Of a stretch of DNA of 64,000 nt, positions 47,343 to 56,170 are shown piece after piece (position 1 is the first letter of the stretch; each line of letters starts with the position of its first letter). The position numbers and the translations under genes were made by a program. A model generated the notes under the pieces. The model saw only the letters and a program-made list of their open reading frames with translations, did no database searches and was not told the DNA's origin. Source of the DNA: Thermoplasmatota archaeon (GTDB lineage: Archaea; Thermoplasmatota; Poseidoniia; Poseidoniales; Thalassarchaeaceae). Location: NCBI GenBank assembly GCA_036336595.1, contig JAYZFV010000056.1, positions 907 to 64,906 of the forward strand, given 5' to 3'.

Positions 47343-48475
47343 TCTTTGATTAACCAGGCTCTAAGGCGCCGCAATCCCTCGTGTATCGACTCTTCGTCGG
47401 TAGCGTAAGAGATTCGGACGAAACCCTCTCCCCCTGTGATTAGTGATGCTGGAATCAACTGAACTCCGGCCTCGAGGGCTCCATCAGCGAACTCGACGGC
47501 ACTCATCCCCGTTTCAGTGACATCGGCGAAGACGTAGAATGCGCCCTCAGGCTCGGGGACCCTCAACCCCGGGAGTGAAGAAAGCCCTTCACGCATTATC
47601 TCGCGACGCTTCAGGTAATCTCGATTGAATGCCTCCACAGCGTCCTCACACTCTAGTGCCACCCTAGCAGCCCCCATCATGAAGGTCGGGACATGTGAGG
47701 CAGAGTTCGCTTGGCTCTTGATAGCAGCCTTGACAACCTCGGGCGGACCAGTGAGGAAGCCAAGCCTCATTCCAGTCATTGCCCATGACTTGGACCAGCC
47801 ATTGATGACGATGGTGCGTTCCTTGCCCCCGGGAAGGGTTGCCGGAGAGACATGAGGCCAGTCTACCCATATCATACGAGCATAAATTTCGTCCGAGACA
47901 ATCCACAAGTCGTGTTCGATGGCTATGTCGAGAATCGATTGGATTTCATTTGGGGTGAACACCGCTCCGGTAGGGTTGCAGGGAGAGTTAATCAGAATCA
48001 TCCTAGTCCTGTCTGTAACAGCGGCACGAATGGCATCGATGTCTGGATGGAAGTCATCGTTGTTTACGGGTACATGAACAGGAATAGCACCAATGAATTC
48101 GAGCATGGGTTCGTAAGACGCCCATGATGGGGCAAGGAGGATGGCCTCGTCACCCGGAATGGTTGTAATCAGGAAGGAGTAGAGGAGTGCCTGCTTCGCA
48201 CCGGGTGTCACGACGATATCCTCGGCAGACGCCTCGATGTCGTGGTGCCTTCGGAGGTAATCTGCCACCGATTGGCAGAGTTCCATCGTTCCCGGCCCGC
48301 GCGTGTACTTCGTGCGACCCTCCTGCAGTCCCCTGACCGCGGCTTCGATAATCTCGGGCGGCGTGTTGAAGCCCGGCTCGCCGACAGTCCATCTCACAAC
48401 ATCAGAACCAGGAGGTTGGAGATATGGCGCAAACCCGACTCCCAGACCATCGTAGCGAGAGGATACGCGGGGCAT
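47339..48475 (-). CDS. Class I/II aminotransferase (aspartate aminotransferase family)
   Basis: Start moved to ATG 48475 (MPRVSS), because the longer ORF runs toward the putative tRNA-Cys. PLP-lysine motif NGWSKSWAMTGMRLGF. Confidence 0.75.
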   Translation of the reverse strand: MPRVSSRYDGLGVGFAPYLQPPGSDVVRWTVGEPGFNTPPEIIEAAVRGLQEGRTKYTRGPGTMELCQSVADYLRRHHDIEASAEDIVVTPGAKQALLYSFLITTIPGDEAILLAPSWASYEPMLEFIGAIPVHVPVNNDDFHPDIDAIRAAVTDRTRMILINSPCNPTGAVFTPNEIQSILDIAIEHDLWIVSDEIYARMIWVDWPHVSPATLPGGKERTIVINGWSKSWAMTGMRLGFLTGPPEVVKAAIKSQANSASHVPTFMMGAARVALECEDAVEAFNRDYLKRREIMREGLSSLPGLRVPEPEGAFYVFADVTETGMSAVEFADGALEAGVQLIPASLITGGEGFVRISYATDEESIHEGLRRLRAWLIKE

Positions 48476-48561
48476 GCTGCACACAGACCACAGATCCCCA
48501 ATGAAGGTATGCAGGGGGGGTCGGAGAGTCTTCAAGAGAGTGTGGCGGGTCGGTTGGATGC

Positions 48562-48635
48562 CGCACGGGTGGCAGAGCAGCTATGCAATGGACTGCAGAT
48601 CCATGGACCCGGGTGCAAATCCCGGCCCGTGCTCC
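48562..48635 (+). tRNA. tRNA-Cys (anticodon GCA), 71 nt + encoded CCA, with atypical G55
   Basis: GCACGGG/CCCGTGC 7-bp acceptor stem, discriminator U73, anticodon stem ATGGA/TCCAT with loop CTGCAGA, 4-nt variable loop, T-stem CCGGG/CCCGG with T-loop TGCAAAT. The D-arm is short (3 bp + G.A). Confidence 0.5.
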
Positions 48636-48658
48636 AACCGACTCCTCCTGCGGGAACG

Positions 48659-49609
48659 CTAGAAGGGTAGCCCCCCCGGGTCAACGTTTCCTCCGGATAG
48701 TATGATTCCGATTTTGTCGATACCTTCGCGCTCCTTGAACTCTGCCTTTAGCACGGCAGCGAGACACGTAGCACCGCTGGGCTCTACCACCATCCCCAAG
48801 TGACCGTACAGTAGCTTCATGGCTTGGAGAACCTCGTCGTCGCTTACGGTAATGATTCCCTCGAGATGATCTCTCAGGATTGGCCAAGTCAACTCGCCCA
48901 AGCTAGTCAGAAGACCGTCGCAAATGGTGTCAGGGTTCGTCTGTGGAATGAGCTCGCCTGCAGCTAGCGAGCGCGCTGCATCATCGGCACCAGAAGGTTC
49001 AGCACCGAATATCATCGCATTGGGAGCAAGCTTCCTAGTGGCAATGGAAGTGCCAGAGAGCAGACCACCACCACCTATCGGTGCCATAACGGCATCCAGC
49101 CCCCCAACCTCTTGGAGCAACTCGAAAGCTGCAGTTCCCTGCCCAGCAATTACGTGTGGATTGTCGAACGGATGAATAAACGCCGCCCCGGTCCGTTCCA
49201 ACACGGCTTCGGTCGTGGTGATTCTAGCTTCAAGAGTAGGTTCGCAGAAGGTGATTTCCGCATCGTGGCCGACCACTCCCTGCACCTTGATTTTTGGTGC
49301 GGTGTTAGGCATCACGATGTATGCCGGCACGCCTATTCGCTTTGCTGCTAAGGCGACGGCTTGTGCGTGGTTGCCACTGCTATGGGTGCAGATGCCCCTT
49401 TCAGCCTCCTTTCCTAGGAGCTCTACGGCATTGCTTGCTCCTCGGAACTTGAACGCACCCACATGCTGCTGGTTCTCGCATTTCATGAGCACCTCGCGAC
49501 CTGCGAGCCCATCGATTTCGGATGAACTAGCAACTGGGGTCCTAATGACGACTTCCTCCAGCCTCAGTGCTGCACTCTCAATATCCACGAACCCCACAGC
49601 GTGACTCAT
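48659..49609 (-). CDS. Threonine dehydratase / serine racemase family PLP enzyme
   Basis: 316 aa. PLP-lysine motif HVGAFKFRGASNAV and the fold-type II pattern. Confidence 0.7.
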   Translation of the reverse strand: MSHAVGFVDIESAALRLEEVVIRTPVASSSEIDGLAGREVLMKCENQQHVGAFKFRGASNAVELLGKEAERGICTHSSGNHAQAVALAAKRIGVPAYIVMPNTAPKIKVQGVVGHDAEITFCEPTLEARITTTEAVLERTGAAFIHPFDNPHVIAGQGTAAFELLQEVGGLDAVMAPIGGGGLLSGTSIATRKLAPNAMIFGAEPSGADDAARSLAAGELIPQTNPDTICDGLLTSLGELTWPILRDHLEGIITVSDDEVLQAMKLLYGHLGMVVEPSGATCLAAVLKAEFKEREGIDKIGIILSGGNVDPGGLPF

Positions 49610-49691
49610 AGCGCCCCTCCGGACCTCTCGGGAGGGTTGGAAGCCATCATGCCTGCGGCGTGTTGAAGCACCATCCCCCCTCCGTCAATTC

Positions 49692-50105
49692 GTGGGAGGG
49701 GAGAGCGAGCCCGAGTGGAGATATCATGCAGCGATTGCCGCGATACTGATTCTCGATGCCCTAGTCCTTGGCCTCTCGCCTAAGGGGCCATGGGACGACA
49801 CCGGTTTCTCTAGGGGGGCCATCGGACTGCTGGGAATGTCGCTTGCATACGTCGCATGGTATCGGGCGACCTTCAAGCGCAAGGGATTGATTCCTTGGCT
49901 AGACCTGTGGGAGGACCCTGCAAGGTCAGCAAAAATTGAGATGATCGTTGCTGCCCTTGTGCTTGCTCTTGCATGGGCCGCCGGCAGTCCGTTACAGCCC
50001 CACCTCCCCGACCCAACCGGCCTACTACTGACTCTGGCCGGGCTGCTAATTGCTCTCCAGTCGGCATACGTCATGCTCAGCATAGGTCCTCTCAAGGAGG
50101 ATTGA
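49692..50105 (+). CDS. Hypothetical membrane protein
   Basis: 137 aa, 4 predicted TM. Confidence 0.3.
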   Translation: MGGESEPEWRYHAAIAAILILDALVLGLSPKGPWDDTGFSRGAIGLLGMSLAYVAWYRATFKRKGLIPWLDLWEDPARSAKIEMIVAALVLALAWAAGSPLQPHLPDPTGLLLTLAGLLIALQSAYVMLSIGPLKED

Positions 50106-50107
50106 CC

Positions 50108-50653
50108 CTACCTCAAACCTGGCTTCCAGAACTGGAGTGGCAAAGGACTCTCCCTCTGCATCGCACGGAAGGCCAGGTGATCTGCTCTCTCGTTCCAGCG
50201 ATGACCCCTGTGCGCGGCAACGTGCTCCCCACGCAACTCCAGGTGCCGCGCCGTCTCATGCCATAGACTCTGAACCCTCTTGGCGAGTTCACGGTTCACC
50301 TTCGCCTTCCAGACCCCAGACGAGATATTGAGCGCGTAATTCGAATCACCGCGTATTGTTGCAGCGACCACTCCTTCCTGAGTAAGCAACCACCTTAATG
50401 CATGAGCAATGGCAGAGAGCTCGGCAGTGTTGTTCGATCCGACCTCAGCGCCGAGGTGACCCTCCGCTTCAGAATCGGTGACAACCTCCCCATGCATCTC
50501 GGCGAGCAGATCGCCCTTCCCATTGCCGGTGCCACTGTCTCCTTCTATGACGCAGAAGCCCCAACCCGCCTTTGTTGTCGCGGTGACGTTGCGATTCTCC
50601 GAACAGGATCCATCCACGTAGATGTGAAGCTTGTGAGACTCTTTCATGGTCAC
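50108..50653 (-). CDS. rnhA: Ribonuclease HI (type 1 RNase H)
   Basis: 181 aa. YVDGSC, NNTAELSAI, RGDSNY, HRGHRWNERAD catalytic DEDD/H motifs. Confidence 0.75.
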   Translation of the reverse strand: MTMKESHKLHIYVDGSCSENRNVTATTKAGWGFCVIEGDSGTGNGKGDLLAEMHGEVVTDSEAEGHLGAEVGSNNTAELSAIAHALRWLLTQEGVVAATIRGDSNYALNISSGVWKAKVNRELAKRVQSLWHETARHLELRGEHVAAHRGHRWNERADHLAFRAMQRESPLPLQFWKPGLR

Positions 50654-51033
50654 TCTCCGATCAATGCAGCGTATCCTGCTGCATCCAGGAGATTATCGAA
50701 TTCAGAGGCAAGGGACACAGCCATCCTGCAAATCCAGCCCTCTCCATATGGGTCTTCGTTAATCCTCTCGGGAGCGTCCTCTAGGCTATCGTTCACAGCA
50801 ACTACCTTCCCAGACACCGGAGCGTAGATTTCGCTAACTGACTTAACCGACTCCACGCTTGCGAACGGCTCCATTGCCGAGGCCTCGGCCCCAACTTCTG
50901 GGAGCTCTACCCACACCACTGCGGTTAGACCATCTTGAGCAAAGTCGGTGATTCCGATTACCACGTCACCTCCGTCCCTCCTGATCCACTCATGCTCCTT
51001 GGTGTATCTGAGATCCGTTGGTATCTCGCTCAT
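50650..51033 (-). CDS. gcvH: Glycine cleavage system H protein
   Basis: Start at ATG 51033 (MSEIPTDLRYTKEHEW). Lipoyl-lysine region ESVKSVSEIYAPVSG. Confidence 0.8.
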   Translation of the reverse strand: MSEIPTDLRYTKEHEWIRRDGGDVVIGITDFAQDGLTAVVWVELPEVGAEASAMEPFASVESVKSVSEIYAPVSGKVVAVNDSLEDAPERINEDPYGEGWICRMAVSLASEFDNLLDAAGYAALIGE

Positions 51034-51085
51034 GCATCCACTCCGCCTTGTGGCGAGAGCTGAACGTGGGTCAAGGTTTCGCTCC

Positions 51086-51466
51086 CTACTCTTCTTCACT
51101 GTGCTTCGACTCGAGGTGCTTCATCTCCATCTTAGCCCAACTCGAACCTAAGTTCGCGACACTCGCATCCTCCATCTCCTCTTCGAGGCGCAGGCGCATG
51201 GCCCCCTCTTTTTCTCTGCTGAACCACTTGTCAGTCGGCAGTGAGTCATGTGGCCAATCCTTCGCGACATTCAGCAGCAGCGCAAATGCAGCAGTGACAA
51301 TAGCGAGTGCGGCCACGATTACTGCCAATGGACCCTCTGTAATCGATTCACCTTCGATTCCAGAGGGAAATAGCCGACTGTCTAGCATCGCCAGTGCGGT
51401 AATCAGGAATAGAGAGAGGGAGATGCCAATCAACAATCTCCTGAGCCGTTCGCCTGGGGATTCCAC
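51086..51466 (-). CDS. Hypothetical membrane protein
   Basis: 126 aa, 2-3 TM, acidic C-terminus. Confidence 0.3.
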   Translation of the reverse strand: MESPGERLRRLLIGISLSLFLITALAMLDSRLFPSGIEGESITEGPLAVIVAALAIVTAAFALLLNVAKDWPHDSLPTDKWFSREKEGAMRLRLEEEMEDASVANLGSSWAKMEMKHLESKHSEEE

Positions 51467-51512
51467 GGTCCCCTGCAGGGTATCTCTCGCATCAAGTTGA
51501 CCGAGCAGGGCG

Positions 51513-52094
51513 TCATCCCAACTCTTGAATCAGTTTGTAGATTTTGTACGGAAGTAGGGATCTGTTCACGGGGGTAACTTCGAGAATTCGCGCATCGTCT
51601 CTCCTTCTGATGTCCTGCAGTAAGGGGTGACGACTCTTCTTGTGCAGCGTCAGCAAGGTCGGAAGGTCGTTGTTCAGTGCTACCCTAACAGCGTTCACGA
51701 AGCCCTCGCTCTCCACAGTGAACTTACCCACCTCGTCAATTACCATGATTTCGCAATTACCGATGCTGTCGAGAATAGCCGGAACGCCGACCCTGTCGAT
51801 TTCACTAGGGTCGATTCCGAAGCCGAGAACCCTGTTTCTGGAGTCGATCCCTCGGTGGGCCATCACGCCTTTCTCACCTGTTAGGATGTTGACGCAAGCG
51901 TACCCGACTCTCTCTCCGTTCTCTATGACGGCCTCGCACCTCATTCCTCCGATGATGTGCTCAGGGGGCACCGGACCACGCGATCGACGTACTCCGCCTC
52001 CTTCTTCGGATATCATATCGATGACTTTCTGCAGAACCGCCGACTTACCAGATCTAGGCAGACCTGTGATACCAATTTTCGGATTGATACCCAT
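51513..52094 (-). CDS. Nucleoside-triphosphatase, THEP1 family (COG1618)
   Basis: 193 aa. Walker A GLPRSGKS, Walker B MVIDEVG, archaeal NTPase pattern. Confidence 0.7.
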   Translation of the reverse strand: MGINPKIGITGLPRSGKSAVLQKVIDMISEEGGGVRRSRGPVPPEHIIGGMRCEAVIENGERVGYACVNILTGEKGVMAHRGIDSRNRVLGFGIDPSEIDRVGVPAILDSIGNCEIMVIDEVGKFTVESEGFVNAVRVALNNDLPTLLTLHKKSRHPLLQDIRRRDDARILEVTPVNRSLLPYKIYKLIQELG

Positions 52095-52224
52095 TATGCT
52101 CTCCTCTGAATCCTCGCTCCCGCAACAGGAACGTCTAGCGTATGTGAAGCACCGATATTAATTCATTTGGATTAGAAGGGCGTACATTTCCGGAAGGAGG
52201 AAAAGGAAATCCGAAGTGAGTAAA

Positions 52225-54246
52225 TCAGATTTCATCATTATTCCCTAATAGAGAAATTGGCGCAGCGCTCTCAAGCGGCGGGAAGGGCAGCGTCTCAATT
52301 TCGTAGTTGTTGACGTTGTTGTTAGCCGCCCATGCCTTGGACCAGAGATCCAACTCCTCAGAGTTGAGATGCGATGCGAGCACGGCCAAACCTTCCTCAA
52401 GGTTCCCAAACTCAGCAACCAGCCTTTCGACGACTTGGCTTGGCAGGTCAAGGAAACTCACAGAGTTCCCGAGTACGCATCCGGATGGTATGACTGCCCA
52501 TAGAAGCCGTCTTTTCAATTGGGGGTTGATTATCGCCTGGCAGGCGATTCTCGGAGGCCCTCGCATGTTGGTGGGCCCATTCCACATCGCCTCCTTCCAC
52601 TGGACACCCTCTGGAACACTCGGGTCGAAAGCGGGATGCCGAAGCCTCACCAAGTCACCATCCAGTTCAATGTGCGTACCGCGGATGAAAGGAGACCCGC
52701 CTGAATCGACGTCCCAGTAAGATATGCAGTCTGACCAATTTCCACGATCAACCTCCCCCACCCTCACACGTATGGCCTTACCACTGGGGTTTAGCCAAGT
52801 ACCCTCTTCGACAAGGCGGGGTTTGTCTGCTAAGGTACCGATAGCTTTCAGCGTCTCGCTCCGTTCGTGTTCGGACCTGGGCATTTTTGGCACCGCCCAC
52901 GAGGTATCGGTCCAGATTGACCACGGACCACGCTCCAGCTCGAGGAAGGGGGACTTTTTATCGAGACCCTTGCGAGCGGAGATGTCTCTTGATCGAAGCG
53001 GACCAAAACTCGTGAGGACCTCCGTAGTGCCAGCGACGGTGATACCAAGCACGGAAACGCCTTGGGCCCCACCAAATGGGAGTTGACGGTCTTCGGGGAA
53101 TGACCAAACGCTATCCCACTCGTTCTGCGAGACTATCAGCTTCCTAAGTGGAGCGCTACTCTTCTCACGAAGGACAGACTCAGGGACGACCATCCTGACC
53201 CGGCCGCCCTCTTGGCTAAGTTGAAGGGAGCGCTCAATGTATAGTCTGTACAGGTTGACATTACCCTTGATTGCCGAGAACCGAGCGCTTCCGTCAGGAC
53301 CCTTGATTTGGCGTAGTTCTTTGGATAGTTGTTTGCGCAACTGACTACCTTCGGGGTGACCTCGAAACCTGTCTTTGATTCTAAGCCAGGGAGGTCTTGA
53401 AACTAACAGTCTGGGTTTTTCGTTCCACGGCCACTCTCCTCGCAGGGGGTCACAACATCGAACATTGCTCTCGATAATGAGATTAGCCTCTGACCTACCT
53501 ATGAGTGACTCGTCCCCCTCTCCTTCGAGATCCACAAGTCTCAGGCGTGCTAGAACAATCAGGAGCCTCTTCCGAGCGCTCTCCACTGCGATATCTGAAG
53601 TATCCACCAGTTGGAATCCTTCCAGGAGCCTGAGCGTGTCTTCTTTTCGCTGCTGGACATCCATGCCACCGCATCTGTCCGCATGCATCCTGAGGATACG
53701 ATCAGCGAATAGACCCGCCCCTACAGAGGGGTCAGCAAAGGGAAGGGGGATTCCGGATAGGGTGCGCGACTCATCCGATTCGTGACTGTCGTCACCTTCA
53801 GATGATTGCCCTCTGATGTTCTCATTGAACTGTTCAGCGAAGACTCTGAAACTCGGCGGCAGTGCAGTGAGTGAGAGTATAGCTGGCGGCTCCTTCTTTC
53901 GGTTTCTGCCATGGTGCAACTCGTCGCATAGTATGGCATCTACGAACTTCGCTGGTGTGGCATAGACACCACGAGGCGAACGCCCATCGCTCTCCGCCTC
54001 GTGCCTTGCCAGGAGATGGTCAAGGACGGAACCAGGATCGCTCAGCAACCCCGCTGGTAACGTGGGCCAACCCCTAGGAAGCGTTGCGGCAATTGGTTGG
54101 CCCTGCTTAGTGGCCAGTAGCCACGAATCTAGCCATATCTCGATTTGTTGAATCCTGCCAGAGCACTCGTGATCGAGCCTTGCATACCATCCGGAAGTCT
54201 CACTCGTCATGATACGCATACCGCCCAAAGCCGCATCTTCTTTCAA
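52225..54246 (-). CDS. Eco57I/TaqI-family gamma-class N6-adenine DNA methyltransferase-like protein with C-terminal TRD
   Basis: 673 aa. Motif X GVYATPAKFVDAIL and motif I ADPSVGAGLF. Motif IV position reads VSRPPW instead of canonical (G)NPP(Y/F/W). C-terminal LAVLASHLNSEELDLW resembles the TaqI_C/Eco57I TRD tail. Confidence 0.55.
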   Translation of the reverse strand: MKEDAALGGMRIMTSETSGWYARLDHECSGRIQQIEIWLDSWLLATKQGQPIAATLPRGWPTLPAGLLSDPGSVLDHLLARHEAESDGRSPRGVYATPAKFVDAILCDELHHGRNRKKEPPAILSLTALPPSFRVFAEQFNENIRGQSSEGDDSHESDESRTLSGIPLPFADPSVGAGLFADRILRMHADRCGGMDVQQRKEDTLRLLEGFQLVDTSDIAVESARKRLLIVLARLRLVDLEGEGDESLIGRSEANLIIESNVRCCDPLRGEWPWNEKPRLLVSRPPWLRIKDRFRGHPEGSQLRKQLSKELRQIKGPDGSARFSAIKGNVNLYRLYIERSLQLSQEGGRVRMVVPESVLREKSSAPLRKLIVSQNEWDSVWSFPEDRQLPFGGAQGVSVLGITVAGTTEVLTSFGPLRSRDISARKGLDKKSPFLELERGPWSIWTDTSWAVPKMPRSEHERSETLKAIGTLADKPRLVEEGTWLNPSGKAIRVRVGEVDRGNWSDCISYWDVDSGGSPFIRGTHIELDGDLVRLRHPAFDPSVPEGVQWKEAMWNGPTNMRGPPRIACQAIINPQLKRRLLWAVIPSGCVLGNSVSFLDLPSQVVERLVAEFGNLEEGLAVLASHLNSEELDLWSKAWAANNNVNNYEIETLPFPPLESAAPISLLGNNDEI

Positions 54247-54273
54247 GGGTTGTATGGGAGTAGTGGCTGCGGG

Positions 54274-54882
54274 TCAGCCCCCAATCCCGAAGATATCTTG
54301 GCCCAACTCGATGACCATTCTCCGCTGCAGCAGCCAGGCCAAAGCCTCATCGATCTCGTCCACCCTGATACCCAACGGTTCCAGAGCATCACTGATCTCA
54401 TCAAAATGAATTTCGGCATCGGCCGCACCGGCTTCTTCAATTATACTCATGATGTGCTCTGAGACGATAGTGAGTAGCGGGTCATCTTCGGTCCCTAGTG
54501 CACCCAAATCAACGAGGGGGACGACCTCTTCAGGCTGCTGGCTCTCCCCACTCTTGACTTGAGTTGCCGGCTCGTAGACATCGAACAGGTTCCTTTGATG
54601 GGGGTCTGTCCATGAAGTCCCCTGCGCAATCTCTCGCTTCCTCTTCAGCTTCCTCACTAACGCCTCTATTCTGTGAAGTCGTTGTTCAAGTCTGAGACGC
54701 TCCCTACCGAGGTGGACCTCGACCAATTCAAGCTCTTCCGTCGCCCTCTCGTCCAGCCACTTGGACAGATCCCATTGAGGTTCGAGTCGCAGCATCGTCT
54801 CCCACAGTCGTGCAATGGAATCTGGAAGAGTCCTGACGTCAATTCTTGGCCCCTTCTTTCCGTCCTCAGGAACACGGTCCAT
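54274..54882 (-). CDS. Hypothetical acidic coiled-coil protein, co-oriented 27 nt upstream of the MTase-like gene
   Basis: 202 aa. Predicted coiled-coil LVEVHLGRERLRLEQRLHRIEALVRKLKRKRE and an acidic C-terminus. No recognisable domain. Confidence 0.35.
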   Translation of the reverse strand: MDRVPEDGKKGPRIDVRTLPDSIARLWETMLRLEPQWDLSKWLDERATEELELVEVHLGRERLRLEQRLHRIEALVRKLKRKREIAQGTSWTDPHQRNLFDVYEPATQVKSGESQQPEEVVPLVDLGALGTEDDPLLTIVSEHIMSIIEEAGAADAEIHFDEISDALEPLGIRVDEIDEALAWLLQRRMVIELGQDIFGIGG

Positions 54883-54982
54883 GTGCTGGGCCGTGCCACT
54901 TGACCGTCTATGAATTATCCCACGGCCAATGCCTGATGATTCGTGGGTTGAATTGATGAATGAAAAGCAGGTGCCCCTACTG

Positions 54983-56170
54983 ATGACGTCCTACCGCTTG
55001 ACCATCCTGCCCGGTGACGGTACGGGCCGAGAGGTAATTTCCGAGGCCAAACGCGTCATAGACACATTCGAGCAGTTCGGCCCACTCTCGTTCGACATAA
55101 CCGAGATACCCTGCGGCGGCCAACACTATCTGGATACAGGGGAGGAGTGGCCCGACGGCTCGTTCGAGCACTGTCGAGACAATTCTGACGCCATTATAGT
55201 CGGTGCCGTGGGCTGGCCAGGCGCCAAACTGCCCAATGGCGATATAGCGGGGGGACAAGTCCTCCTCGGCTTGAGATCCGCCCTCGACCTATACGCCAAC
55301 GTGAGACCAGTCAAGTTGTTCCGCGGGGTCCATCACAAGGTGCACGGAATGCACAAAGACGTTTGGGACCCCGATCTGGTTGACATGGTTCTAGTCAGGG
55401 AGAACACCGAAGGACTCTATCACGCCCTGCTCCGCCGATCCGCCCGAGCCGCTCAGGGTGGCGAGAAGGACGACCCTATCGTCATCGATCATTTCCCCGG
55501 GCTGAATGGGCACGTCGCATGGGACGCTAGGCCTATTTCTCGTAAGGGCAGCGAGCGAGTCATCAGGTTCGCCTTCAATCTCGCAAATCGCCGCGAATCC
55601 CGCATGGGGATTCCCCAGAAGGTGACGTGCGTTGACAAGAGCAACGTCACACGGGGATGTCGCCTTTTCAGGGAAGTCTTCAGGGAGGTCGCGGGAGAGC
55701 ACGGAGGTATCGAATCCAACGAGGCCTACATCGACGCGTTCACGATGTGGCTGGTCCGAAATCCGGAGGAATTGGACGTCGTCGTGCTCCCTAACATGTT
55801 CGGTGACATCGCCACTGATCTTGCTTCAGTCTTGCAAGGTGGTATGGGTATGGCAGCCAGTGCCAATATCGGTGATCAACACATGCTGTTCGAGCCGGTA
55901 CACGGTTCTTCACCAAAGTATGCCGGCCAGAACAAGGTCAACCCCATTGCTGCAATCTCCTCCGTTCAGTTGATGTTCGACACCCTCGGAACGCGTCACG
56001 ATGATTCTGACGCGACAATTTGTTCTGACGTGTTAGAACGAGCAATCTCAGAACACCTCGCATCAGGTGGTCCCGTGACGTATGACCTCGGGGGAATAGC
56101 ATCGACTTCTGAAGTCGGTGAGGCCATAGCCTTACGTTGTGCAGAATTGCTCAAGAAAAAGAATGCCTAG
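54983..56170 (+). CDS. Isocitrate/isopropylmalate dehydrogenase family enzyme (tartrate/3-IPM dehydrogenase-like)
   Basis: Internal ATG at 54983. ILPGDGTGREV N-terminus and NMFGDIATDLAS motif. Confidence 0.75.
   Translation: MTSYRLTILPGDGTGREVISEAKRVIDTFEQFGPLSFDITEIPCGGQHYLDTGEEWPDGSFEHCRDNSDAIIVGAVGWPGAKLPNGDIAGGQVLLGLRSALDLYANVRPVKLFRGVHHKVHGMHKDVWDPDLVDMVLVRENTEGLYHALLRRSARAAQGGEKDDPIVIDHFPGLNGHVAWDARPISRKGSERVIRFAFNLANRRESRMGIPQKVTCVDKSNVTRGCRLFREVFREVAGEHGGIESNEAYIDAFTMWLVRNPEELDVVVLPNMFGDIATDLASVLQGGMGMAASANIGDQHMLFEPVHGSSPKYAGQNKVNPIAAISSVQLMFDTLGTRHDDSDATICSDVLERAISEHLASGGPVTYDLGGIASTSEVGEAIALRCAELLKKKNA

Noticed and set aside
48475-48535. Long form of the aminotransferase (start 48535)
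   Set aside because: The extra 20 codons run up toward the predicted tRNA-Cys and are not conserved-looking. The ATG at 48475 gives a normal aminotransferase N-terminus.
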